NCBI GenBank assembly: GCA_038248285.1
Contig: JBBRTY010000001.1
Location: 5,766-69,765 of the forward strand
DNA: 64,000 nt
From: Aggregatilineales bacterium
GTDB taxonomy: Bacteria; Chloroflexota; Anaerolineae; Aggregatilineales; Phototrophicaceae
Reading direction: 5' to 3'
The notes under the pieces were generated by a model. That model did not search any database. It was given only the letters and a program-made list of their open reading frames with translations, and was not told the DNA's origin. The position numbers and the translations under genes were made by a program. This document shows positions 28,244 through 36,956 of this stretch, piece by piece. Every line of letters begins with the position of its first letter. Within the stretch, counting starts at the first letter, position 1.

Positions 28244-29398
28244 TTATGCGCCAATTTTGGCGGCACGCAAGGCGGCATCGACTGCCGCAGTGGGGTGAAT
28301 AGCGCCAGCCCCCTGTTGATGACGTGGGACATTCGACAATGGGGTGGCAGTCGCCATTAAGATGGAACGAATCTCAGTCGGCGTCAAACTGGGATTCGCC
28401 TCGATAAGTTGCGCGACGACCGACGTCACGATTGCCGCCGCGACCGAAGTGCCATCCACATGTTGGTGTCGCGCATCGATCAATTTGTGTCCATTAATGC
28501 GTGCTTGCAGGGTGGCATACAAACGAGCATCAGGACGTTGCGTTTGTTCGCGCGGCAACCCCAAATCGCCATAACCGCTCATCAGTAATTTCTTGAGCGC
28601 CCGCTCGCCTTCCGTTTCCAACAAGGGGCCAAGCCAATACGCCTCACGATCTACCGAAGAACCGGGCAAGATCGGCGAAGCGATCCACCGTGCTGGGGCG
28701 ACCACATCTGGTTTCTCGCTACCGTCTGTGGCGCATCCATAATTGCTATGAAAACCCATCCAGCGCGACCGGTCGGCGGTGTTGCCATCGTCATAGCCCC
28801 CCACCGTAATCGCCTCGGCAGCACTGGCAGGGGGCAGTATCTCGCCCACCCCACGATTGCCCGATGCGGCGATCACCGTCATACCCATCGCCGTCAAACG
28901 AGCGACAGCTTTGTGCAAAGGGTGTTCGGGATCGGTGCTGACGTAATCACCGCCGACCGACAAATTGACGACACGCACGCCGAAACGTCGCCCCGCATCC
29001 ATCAACCAGCGCAACCCCCGCAAAATATCTCGCTCTTTGACGTGACCGCGAGGCGTACTCACCTTGATCAACACGACCGACGCCGCCGACGCAATACTCC
29101 GATAACGCCCGCCCGACACCGCGCCATCCCCACACGCGATTACACTGGTCATCTGCCCATGCCAACTCAGATCGTCCACTTCCTGCACAGTCGGTTGCTC
29201 CACCACATGCTGCGTCGAAGCATCGACATGTATGAGAATGCGCCCCTTGAGATCAGGGTGCATATAAAAACCAGAGTCGACAAAGGCGACCACCACGCCG
29301 CGTCCCGCATAATTCGGCAGTGCCCCCAACCGTTCCGGCGTGGAAAGGAGCGTCGGCGCAACAAAATCATCGTGTGGAAAATTTGAGTGAAAGATCAT
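28244..29398 (-). CDS. S8 family subtilisin-like serine peptidase, no signal peptide visible
   Basis: Catalytic triad contexts are VVAFVDSGF (Asp), HGQMTSVIACG (His) and DGTSVAAAIVTSVVAQL (Ser). The N-terminus MIFHSNFPHDDFVAPT is not hydrophobic, which suggests a cytoplasmic location. Confidence 0.85.
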   Translation of the reverse strand: MIFHSNFPHDDFVAPTLLSTPERLGALPNYAGRGVVVAFVDSGFYMHPDLKGRILIHVDASTQHVVEQPTVQEVDDLSWHGQMTSVIACGDGAVSGGRYRSIASAASVVLIKVSTPRGHVKERDILRGLRWLMDAGRRFGVRVVNLSVGGDYVSTDPEHPLHKAVARLTAMGMTVIAASGNRGVGEILPPASAAEAITVGGYDDGNTADRSRWMGFHSNYGCATDGSEKPDVVAPARWIASPILPGSSVDREAYWLGPLLETEGERALKKLLMSGYGDLGLPREQTQRPDARLYATLQARINGHKLIDARHQHVDGTSVAAAIVTSVVAQLIEANPSLTPTEIRSILMATATPLSNVPRHQQGAGAIHPTAAVDAALRAAKIGA

Positions 29399-29452
29399 GA
29401 CGATACGGTACTCGATGCTGAAGTCTCAGCCATAAAAACCACGAAAACAGAT

Positions 29453-30667
29453 TTAGCCCGTTTGCCCCGTGCGGGTCGCGCCCATCGCCGCAACCGATGT
29501 CGAAAAATCCTGAACGAATCGTTCTACATATTGTCCCACCAATGCCTCAACCCGTGCCGCATCGGGCGACACCACCACCAAGACCGCATGGTAGGGTTTA
29601 TCGACACGCCAGACAACTTCGGGGTCGTTGTACGCCGACAGATCCGGGTATTGTTGTTTTGCCAAAGTCACCAAAATACCACCGTAATCCCCCCGCACCT
29701 CCGGCAACACATACGCTTGTCCCCGTAATTTGCCGATCTCTAAGCGCGCCCATTCCCGCCACAAATTGATATTCGTCGCTTGCTCAATCATATCGCTGAG
29801 GAATGCCCCCCCCACGCGCGCGGCGATCTCCAAGAAATAATATTGCCCGTCCTCGTGCGCCTTGATGAATTCGGCATGAGTCACGCCATCCACTAAGCCG
29901 AGCGCTTTGATCACCCGCTTGTTTTCGGCGATCAAGGCGACGGTATCTGCCGAGTCATGCGGCAAAATCCGCGAGTTGAACACCCCACCCCCTTGATAGA
30001 CATGCAAGGGGGGTGCGCCATATTTTTGCACGCTATTAAAAATTATTTCGCCATTGACGGTCAAGGCATCGACATGAAACACATCACCGGGGACAAATTT
30101 TTCCAGCAAATAATACGACTGCTGATCCCCCAGTTCATCCAACGCCCGCCACACCTGCTCGCTATCCGCCGTCTTGCGGATGCCCATCGATCCGGCTTCC
30201 ATACGCGGCTTCAGCACCCATGGCGCGTCCACTTGTTCCATGTAGTCCCGCAGTTGATTATAATTTTTGACCCCGATGAAGGGCGGCACCAAAATCCCGG
30301 CGGCTTGTGTCATTTGTCGCATGGTTAATTTATCGCGAAACGCCCGTGTTGCTGTGACCCCAACTCCGAGTAGGCGCAAATGCTCGCGCAAAAGCGCCGT
30401 CAACTCCACTTCAAATTCATCCAATGGCAAAATATAATCGATCACCTGCCCACGACACATCCAACTGACGGTGTGGATGACATCTTGATAGCGCCGTAAA
30501 TCGGGCACCAATTGAAGTTCATCAATACTCTCGTGGGGCCATGGTTCGTCCCGCAGGTTTTCTTGGATCAACAGAATGACTTTGCAACCGAGCGCTTTCG
30601 CGGTCTGAAGCATGACATCACCCTTGTAGGCGCTCGAAAGAAATAAAATTGTCAGGGGTTGGCTCAT
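29453..30667 (-). CDS. ATP-grasp carboxylate-amine ligase (L-amino-acid-ligase-like)
   Basis: 404 aa. Motifs PWVLKPRMEAGSMGIRK, YYLLEKFVPGDVFHVDAL and GVTHAEFIKAHEDGQYYFLEIAARVGGAFLSDM show Ddl/LAL-like ATP-grasp architecture. AAGGTGA lies about 10 nt upstream. Confidence 0.75.
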   Translation of the reverse strand: MSQPLTILFLSSAYKGDVMLQTAKALGCKVILLIQENLRDEPWPHESIDELQLVPDLRRYQDVIHTVSWMCRGQVIDYILPLDEFEVELTALLREHLRLLGVGVTATRAFRDKLTMRQMTQAAGILVPPFIGVKNYNQLRDYMEQVDAPWVLKPRMEAGSMGIRKTADSEQVWRALDELGDQQSYYLLEKFVPGDVFHVDALTVNGEIIFNSVQKYGAPPLHVYQGGGVFNSRILPHDSADTVALIAENKRVIKALGLVDGVTHAEFIKAHEDGQYYFLEIAARVGGAFLSDMIEQATNINLWREWARLEIGKLRGQAYVLPEVRGDYGGILVTLAKQQYPDLSAYNDPEVVWRVDKPYHAVLVVVSPDAARVEALVGQYVERFVQDFSTSVAAMGATRTGQTG

Positions 30668-31037
30668 CGTTATTACATCACCTTACGCTCGTGGCGAATC
30701 TCCTTAAGAATATATCAAGAAATGTCCCTCTTGCCTAATTCAAATGACATTCATTCTCCTTATTTAGAGGCATTAACGTCTAGCGTTCCAAGCAGAGTTC
30801 CGTTATAGTAGACATGTTGCCGATTTTTCATTCAATAAGCTATCCATAATCTGCACATGATCAGCCCTAAAGTTTTCTCATTATTTTACGTCGCCGTCAT
30901 TTGCGCCGTTGTAATGCGCTACTTTCGTCGCTTACTAGCCCTCATAAAATCCCAACCAATATCCATCTACTCAAATCGACAAAGCAGACTACACTTCTGA
31001 AACACACATCCGCTCAACAATCGTTAAGGACTCCACT

Positions 31038-31493
31038 GTGAACCGCGCTCAACAATTTGTGCTGGCACAATTCGCACTTTTCGCGCTTTTTGGCATCGGC
31101 TTTATCCTGTTGCCCTTCACTCTCGGCGGCGATCTCCGCTGGATGGGTGGTGTGCTGATCGTCATCGGCGGGGTGATCTTGGCACTCGCCATTTACGAAC
31201 ACAATGTCCGCAATCAAGCCTTGCCCAACATCGAACCCACCCCCAATCAAAAAGTCGCGTTGATCGACTCTGGTCTTTATAGCCAGATTCGCCACCCCAT
31301 CTATACCGCCGTCTTGACCGTCGCCTTCGGCATTGCGCTATTTCACGGGCATATCGCGTTACTCGCGCTGGCGTGCGGCATGGTCATTTTCTTCACCTAC
31401 AAGTCGATGTATGAGGAAACTTTATTGACCCAAGCGTATAGCAAGTATGAAGAATATGTGAAACATACTGGGCGGTTCTTGCCATTTCTATAG
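31038..31493 (+). CDS. Isoprenylcysteine carboxyl methyltransferase (ICMT/PEMT) family membrane protein
   Basis: 151 aa with 4 TM helices. The motif LIDSGLYSQIRHPIYTAVL and the C-terminal E..L...Y..Y matches the ICMT/phospholipid methyltransferase signature. GTG start with AAGGA 7 nt upstream. Confidence 0.7.
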   Translation: MNRAQQFVLAQFALFALFGIGFILLPFTLGGDLRWMGGVLIVIGGVILALAIYEHNVRNQALPNIEPTPNQKVALIDSGLYSQIRHPIYTAVLTVAFGIALFHGHIALLALACGMVIFFTYKSMYEETLLTQAYSKYEEYVKHTGRFLPFL

Positions 31494-31854
31494 ATTTGCG
31501 GTGTAATCTGTATGGGGGTGGTTTCTCATCAGCAGCATCCACCCTTTCACTCTTAATATTGGTGACTACTCAGGTATAGAAACAGAATAAAATAAATAGG
31601 GAGGCATGAAGACGTGAAGAAAAACAGGAAAATACCCCTCGAAACGTGGATGTAGGAGTGGATTAGGCGCTTGTCAATCGTTCGTTAACATGAAGGTTTG
31701 TGCGCCGATCCCACCCATTTACCGCCAATGGTCATTTCTTCCTTTATTACCGACCGTTTTTCAGCCTGAGCAGTTACTAATATTGTTTCATTTTTCTGAA
31801 TCCAATTCTCATCAACCCAAGTTTTTATCCAATCATCTTAAGGAGCAACTCATC

Positions 31855-32931
31855 ATGAATGTGCCCACACTTCCGGGAATCACAGCCCAAACTGTGACGA
31901 CTTCTCGTTTGACGACGCGCGTGCTGTTCAGCGGGCAAAACGACGCCACAGCTGTGCTGTTCTTGCATGGTAACGCCTCGTCTGCCACCTATTGGGAAGA
32001 GACCATGCTGGCATTGCCCAATGGCTATCGCGCCATCGCTCCCGACCACCGCAATTACGGCGATGCCGACCCATCCGTGAAAATCGATGCGACGCGCGGC
32101 ATGGGCGATATCGCCGACGATGCGATTGCGCTTCTTGATCATCTCGACATCGCTCGTGTTCATGTCGTCGGGCATTCTATGGGTGGATCGATTGTTTGGC
32201 GATTGTTGATGGATCACCCCACACGCTTCATCAGCGCCACCGTCGCGGCACCCGGTTCCCCTTATGGCTATGGCGGCACCAAAGACCTCGCAGGTACCCT
32301 TAATTTTGACGACGCCGCTGGCTCTGGCGGTGGAATCGTTAACCGCGACTTTGCCGCACGTATTGCTGCTGGCGATACCAGCAACGACAACCCCGGCAGT
32401 GCCCCGCGTGTGGTCATGAACCAATTTTATTGGAAACCCCCCTTTGTGCCTGCGCGTGAGGAAGACCTGTTGCTCTCGCTGTTATCCACCCACATTGGCG
32501 ACCAAAATTATCCCGGCGATAGCGTCGCTTCTCCCAATTGGCCCTTTGCCGCCCCTGGCGTCTTTGGTCCCTCCAATGCTTTATCGCCCAAATATGCGGG
32601 GGATGTGACCCGCCTCTTTGCCATTGATCCCAAGCCGCCGATTTTGTGGGTACGCGGTGCGGACGATCAAATCGTCGGTGACATGTCCTTATTCGATGTC
32701 GGCACGCTCGGCGCACTCGGCTATATGCCCATTCCCGGCTATCCCGGCACCGATGTCTTCCCGTCCCAGCCGATGGTTGGGCAAACGCGCGCCGTGTTGG
32801 AGCAATACAAAGTGAGCGGCGGACACTATACTGAAGTTGTGTTCGAAAATTGTGGACACACTCCTTACTTAGAGCGGTTCGAGGAGTTCAATAGTCTCCT
32901 CGCTCAGTTCATCGGGGGAAATCGTGGGTAA
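31855..32931 (+). CDS. Alpha/beta-fold hydrolase
   Basis: LFLHGNASSATYWE (oxyanion HG), VVGHSMGGS (GxSxG nucleophile) and a C-terminal CGHTPYLE (His). Start moved to ATG 31855, with AAGGAG 9 nt upstream. The ORF-track start at 31690 adds 55 non-homologous residues. Confidence 0.75.
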   Translation: MNVPTLPGITAQTVTTSRLTTRVLFSGQNDATAVLFLHGNASSATYWEETMLALPNGYRAIAPDHRNYGDADPSVKIDATRGMGDIADDAIALLDHLDIARVHVVGHSMGGSIVWRLLMDHPTRFISATVAAPGSPYGYGGTKDLAGTLNFDDAAGSGGGIVNRDFAARIAAGDTSNDNPGSAPRVVMNQFYWKPPFVPAREEDLLLSLLSTHIGDQNYPGDSVASPNWPFAAPGVFGPSNALSPKYAGDVTRLFAIDPKPPILWVRGADDQIVGDMSLFDVGTLGALGYMPIPGYPGTDVFPSQPMVGQTRAVLEQYKVSGGHYTEVVFENCGHTPYLERFEEFNSLLAQFIGGNRG

Positions 32932-33003
32932 TCCGGGGCATGATATCCCCGTTAGCGTTACCATTTAGTGAATTTTTCACTGCTACCTTTTAGGAGTTTT
33001 TTC

Positions 33004-34281
33004 ATGATGAAGAAAATGGTTTTACTTGCCCTCGTGGTTATCCTCGTGATGGGCGCAGGGTTGGCGGGGGCGCAAGACGATACCCTCAAAATTGGTCTCT
33101 TGACCGACGAATCCGGACCACTGACAATTTATGGATTTGAGCTGGAATATGGCTTCAAACTAGGGCTGCTGTATGCTGCCGGGATTGACCCGATGGAATA
33201 CGACAGCATTGATGCCGCGCTTGCCGATGTCGTCATTGGCGGGCGTCCTGTCGAAGTCTTGGTGCGCGACAACGCCAGCGACCCCGACACCGGTGCCAGC
33301 CAAGCGCGCGAACTGATCGAAAATGAAGGCGTCGAAATCTTAGTGGGCGCGCCCAGCAGCGGTGTGACCACCGGTTTGCAGCAAGTCGCCCTCGATTACT
33401 CGGTCGTCTTGTTCGCCGCCCCCGGCGCTTCGCCCGCCATTACCGGCGCAAATTTCAATGTCAACACCTTCCGCGTCTGCCGCAATACCTTCCAAGACTT
33501 CTTGGCGTTCGTGCCTTATGCCCAAAGTGAACTTGGCACCGACTTCGTAATTTTGGCGGCGGACTATGAATTCGGTCGTGCCTCGGCAGCCGCAGCCGAA
33601 ACCGTCCTGGGTGGTGGTGGCATTAATTTCGTCGTCCCGACGATTTACGCCCCGCTGGAAACAACCGACTTCACCCCCTACCTCCAACAAGTTTTGGACA
33701 GCGGCGCAAATGCCGTCCTCCCCATTTGGGCGGGCGATACCAGCGTGGCATTGTTCCAGCAAATCGAAGAACTCGGTGTGAAGGATGAGATGGCGGTCGT
33801 GGCGGCATTCAACTCCAACGACATCGTTGCCGTCAGCGACCCCAGCAATATCGGCAACTCGTCGTGGATCGTCTATCACTACACCCTGCCGCAAAACGAA
33901 ATCAATGACTGGCTCGTGGAACAACACATCGCCGCTTATGACGATGTGCCTGACCTGTTCACCGAATGCGGTTTCGCCACTGCCCAAGCGTTGGTTGCCG
34001 CCGTCACCGCCACCGAAGGCGATACCCTGCCCGACTCCTTGATCCCTGCCCTCGAAGGCTTGACCTTTGATGGTCCCAAAGGCGAATACATCATCCGCCC
34101 CGGCGACCATCAGGCGCTCGTGACTATGTACATCGTGCAGTTGGATAACCTTGATGACCCGGATCAGAAGTTCTATAGCCTGCTTCAGGAAGTCGCCCCG
34201 CTGGACAGCGCCCCCCCGTGTCAAGCGCCAGAGGATCGTTGTGCCATGAACGAAGAGTTTATGGCGTCCATGGGGTCGTAA
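33004..34281 (+). CDS. ABC transporter substrate-binding protein, branched-chain amino-acid (LivJ/PBP1) family
   Basis: Signal peptide MMKKMVLLALVVILVMGAGLAGAQ, then LKIGLLTDESGPLTIYG..., typical of Leu/Ile/Val-binding type-1 PBPs. TAGGAG lies 7 nt upstream of ATG 33004. Confidence 0.8.
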   Translation: MMKKMVLLALVVILVMGAGLAGAQDDTLKIGLLTDESGPLTIYGFELEYGFKLGLLYAAGIDPMEYDSIDAALADVVIGGRPVEVLVRDNASDPDTGASQARELIENEGVEILVGAPSSGVTTGLQQVALDYSVVLFAAPGASPAITGANFNVNTFRVCRNTFQDFLAFVPYAQSELGTDFVILAADYEFGRASAAAAETVLGGGGINFVVPTIYAPLETTDFTPYLQQVLDSGANAVLPIWAGDTSVALFQQIEELGVKDEMAVVAAFNSNDIVAVSDPSNIGNSSWIVYHYTLPQNEINDWLVEQHIAAYDDVPDLFTECGFATAQALVAAVTATEGDTLPDSLIPALEGLTFDGPKGEYIIRPGDHQALVTMYIVQLDNLDDPDQKFYSLLQEVAPLDSAPPCQAPEDRCAMNEEFMASMGS

Positions 34282-34307
34282 CACCCCCTCTTTGTTGTTT
34301 TAACGCT

Positions 34308-34339
34308 CCCCGCCGAACCAATAAGACGGTTTGGCGGGG
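34308..34339 (+). other. Intercistronic stem-loop after the binding-protein gene
   Basis: CCCCGCCGAACC (34308-34319), loop AATAAGAC, then GGTTTGGCGGGG (34328-34339). The stem is 12 bp with one G-U pair and no U-tract. It fits the mRNA-stabilising hairpins often seen after SBP genes. Confidence 0.4.
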
Positions 34340-34404
34340 GGCAAGGGTCGCTGATAACGAAACACCCCTTATCAAACACAGCACATAAAGAAAAATCACG
34401 CCTT

Positions 34405-35205
34405 ATGTCTCAAAAAACTATCCTTCTGGAAACTCAAGACTTACGCAAGTCATTTGGTGGGTTGGTCGCGGTGGATGGCGTCACACTACAGGTGGAGCGC
34501 GGCAGTCTGCATTCGATCATCGGACCCAATGGAGCTGGCAAAACCACCTTTTTCAATTTACTCACGGGGAATCACCTCCCCACCAGCGGCACGGTTCGCT
34601 TTCGCGGACAAGACATCACGAACACCCCATTGCATCGCCGTGCCCATCTGGGCATGGGGCGTTCTTTTCAAATTACCAATATCTTCCCCAACCTGACAGT
34701 TCTTGAAAATGTCCGCCTTGCCGCCCAAGCGCTTGGCAAAGACAATTTCACCCTGTTTCGCCGTGCCGACTCGTTCAAGCCTTATATTGATCGAACGCTG
34801 GCAGTCTTGGAATTGGTCGGCTTACGGGATCAAGCCCTCTCGCCTGCCAATGTCCTTCCACATGGCGGCAAACGTAAGCTAGAACTCGCCATCCTGCTCG
34901 CGCCCAATCCCGAACTCCTCTTGTTGGATGAACCCACAGCGGGCATGGCGTCGGAACAAGTGCCCGAACTCATCGCCACCATTGACACGATCCGTCGTGA
35001 GGGCGGCAAAACAATTATCATGGTTGAACACAATATGGGCGTCGTCATGGGGGTGAGCGACCGCATCACGGTCATGAGCCAAGGACGAGTGCTGGCAGAA
35101 GGCATCCCCAGCGAAATTGCCGCCAACAAAACAGTGCAAAATGTCTATTTGGGTGACTTATACGGTGATCTGAACGAAGCAGCAAGGACAGGTCATGGTG
35201 GATAA
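34405..35205 (+). CDS. livG: Branched-chain amino-acid ABC transporter ATP-binding protein (LivG-like)
   Basis: Walker A GPNGAGKTT, signature-like GGKRKLELA and Walker B LLLLDEPTAGM, plus the LivG-type N-terminus LLETQDLRKSFGGLVAVDGV. Confidence 0.8.
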   Translation: MSQKTILLETQDLRKSFGGLVAVDGVTLQVERGSLHSIIGPNGAGKTTFFNLLTGNHLPTSGTVRFRGQDITNTPLHRRAHLGMGRSFQITNIFPNLTVLENVRLAAQALGKDNFTLFRRADSFKPYIDRTLAVLELVGLRDQALSPANVLPHGGKRKLELAILLAPNPELLLLDEPTAGMASEQVPELIATIDTIRREGGKTIIMVEHNMGVVMGVSDRITVMSQGRVLAEGIPSEIAANKTVQNVYLGDLYGDLNEAARTGHGG

Positions 35206-35902
35206 CCTCCTTGAAGTCCGTAATATCGAGACTTTTATCGGGCAGTTTCACATTCTCGAAGGCGTCTCCGTCAGCGTGCCGCGCGGCAGCATCAGCGTGC
35301 TGCTAGGTCGCAACGGCGCGGGCAAAACCACCACCCTCCGCAGCATCATGGGCATCACCCCACCCCGAAGCGGCGATGTGCTCTTTGAAGGCAAACGCCT
35401 TAACGGGATGCGCCCTTTTGCGATTGCCAAATTGGGCATCGGCTATGTGCCCGAACACCGTGCTATCTTCAAAGGCATGAGCGTGCGCGAAAACCTGCAA
35501 ATCGCTGAACGCAAAGCCGGCGATCTCGCCCGCAAAGAAGCGTTTATTTACGACTTATTTCCCGACTTGGAACGCTTAATCCAGCTTGCAGGCGGCAATC
35601 TCAGCGGCGGACAGCAACAAATGTTGGCGATTGCGCGCGCCTTGGTGCCCGACAATCGTCTGCTCTTGATCGACGAACCGAGCGAGGGACTAGCACCCGT
35701 CATCATCGAACAACTGATGACCGCGATCCGGCGCTTGTCCGGGCAGACAACCGTTCTTTTGGTGGAGCAAAACTTTCGCATGGCAAGCCAACTTGCTGAC
35801 CGCTTCACCATTATCGAAGAAGGGCGCAGCGCCGTAGACGGGCAAATGTCAGTGCTGAAAACCGATAGCGCTTTAATTCAGAAATATCTCGGCGTCGCAT
35901 AG
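35195..35902 (+). CDS. livF: Branched-chain amino-acid ABC transporter ATP-binding protein (LivF-like)
   Basis: Walker A GRNGAGKTT, signature LSGGQQQMLAIARAL and Walker B LLLIDEPSEGLAP. Overlaps livG by 11 nt. Confidence 0.8.
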   Translation: MVDNLLEVRNIETFIGQFHILEGVSVSVPRGSISVLLGRNGAGKTTTLRSIMGITPPRSGDVLFEGKRLNGMRPFAIAKLGIGYVPEHRAIFKGMSVRENLQIAERKAGDLARKEAFIYDLFPDLERLIQLAGGNLSGGQQQMLAIARALVPDNRLLLIDEPSEGLAPVIIEQLMTAIRRLSGQTTVLLVEQNFRMASQLADRFTIIEEGRSAVDGQMSVLKTDSALIQKYLGVA

Positions 35903-35965
35903 CCATCACGTAGCAACACACCGACTCGTGAAAATGACCAGACCGTACATTTTGAAAGAAATTCA

Positions 35966-36952
35966 ATGAGACCCAATGCCTTAATCGCCGGACTAATCGC
36001 CATCGGGCTATTGGTTTTCGGCTTTCTGACCACACCCGATCTCGGCAGTTTCGGCATCACCGTGATGTCCGGCTTGTTTCAAGGGATGCTCCTCTTTTTG
36101 GTAGCATCCGGGCTATCCATTGTTTTCGGCTTGATGGATGTCCTCAATTTCGCACAAGGTTCCTATTTCATGGTGGGCGCTTATGTCAGCTATGCCATTC
36201 ATCATGATCCGAGCGTCACCGCCGCTATCCCCAATGCCGACCTACGCTTTATAATCGCCGTTCTCAGTGCGACCGTCATCGGCGCGATTTTAGGGGTATT
36301 TTTAGAGCGCGTGCTGCTGCGTCCGCTCTATTCCCGTCCGATCTTCCAAATCGTTTTGACCTTCGGCGTCGCCATTGTCATGACCGAAGCGGTCAAGTTT
36401 GTCTGGAGTACCACCCCCTACAGTTGGACGAGTTTATTCACCTTGCGAGAAGGCTTCTTTGAGCTTTTCGGACAACGTTTTGCCGTCTACCGCCTGTTTG
36501 TGATCGCCATCGGCTTTATTTTGATCATCGCCATTGGTCTCTTGCTTCAACGCACGCGCATTGGCATTATCATCCGCGCCGGTGTCGAAGATCGGGAGAT
36601 GGTCGAAGCGCTAGGCATCAATGTGCGGCTGGTGTTCACACTTGTGTTCACAATGGGCTGCGCGGTCGCTGCCTTTGGGGGTGCCATCGCCGCGCCCTTT
36701 CTAGGGGCATCCATCGGCTTAGCCAACGCCTTCCTGCTCTCCGCTATCGCCGTCGTGGTCTTAGGCGGTCTAGGTTCCTACGGAGGCACTGCCATCGGCA
36801 GCTTACTCGTTGGCTTAGCGGTCGCCGTCGTCGCCAATTTCGCCAGTTCCCCCAGTATTGGTTTGCCTGTGTTGTCCAGCATGACCCCCATGCTGCTCAT
36901 GATACTGGTCTTGCTGGTGCGCCCTAGCGGTTTATTTGGCAAGGGAGGCTAA
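35966..36952 (+). CDS. livH: Branched-chain amino-acid ABC transporter permease (LivH-like)
   Basis: 328-aa polytopic protein. The motif LNFAQGSYFMVGAY and position in the operon fit LivH. Confidence 0.75.
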   Translation: MRPNALIAGLIAIGLLVFGFLTTPDLGSFGITVMSGLFQGMLLFLVASGLSIVFGLMDVLNFAQGSYFMVGAYVSYAIHHDPSVTAAIPNADLRFIIAVLSATVIGAILGVFLERVLLRPLYSRPIFQIVLTFGVAIVMTEAVKFVWSTTPYSWTSLFTLREGFFELFGQRFAVYRLFVIAIGFILIIAIGLLLQRTRIGIIIRAGVEDREMVEALGINVRLVFTLVFTMGCAVAAFGGAIAAPFLGASIGLANAFLLSAIAVVVLGGLGSYGGTAIGSLLVGLAVAVVANFASSPSIGLPVLSSMTPMLLMILVLLVRPSGLFGKGG

Positions 36953-36956
36953 ACCC

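Noticed and set aside
28748-29386. 212-aa ORF on the plus strand.
   Set aside because: It is antisense to the S8 peptidase gene and is Arg/His-rich. It is a shadow ORF.
21202-30750. A microviridin/graspetide-type precursor peptide gene inside the ATP-grasp cluster.
   Set aside because: I scanned the gaps (24863-25069, 27428-27501, 29399-29452, 30668-31037) on both strands. I found only the 11-codon uORF and short chance ORFs, with nothing showing a leader plus a Thr/Ser/Lys/Asp/Glu-rich core.
30857-31000. 47-codon hydrophobic ORF (MISPKVFSLFYVAVICAVVMRYF...) upstream of the ICMT-like gene.
   Set aside because: It has no recognisable SD and lies in an A/T-rich intergenic region where chance ORFs are common. 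It may be a small membrane protein, but the sequence alone does not support that.
33340-34284. 314-aa ORF on the minus strand.
   Set aside because: It lies exactly antisense to the well-supported LivJ-type binding-protein gene. Its Arg/Gly/His/Asp-rich composition is typical of shadow ORFs in GC-rich coding DNA. I see no motif, SD or signal.
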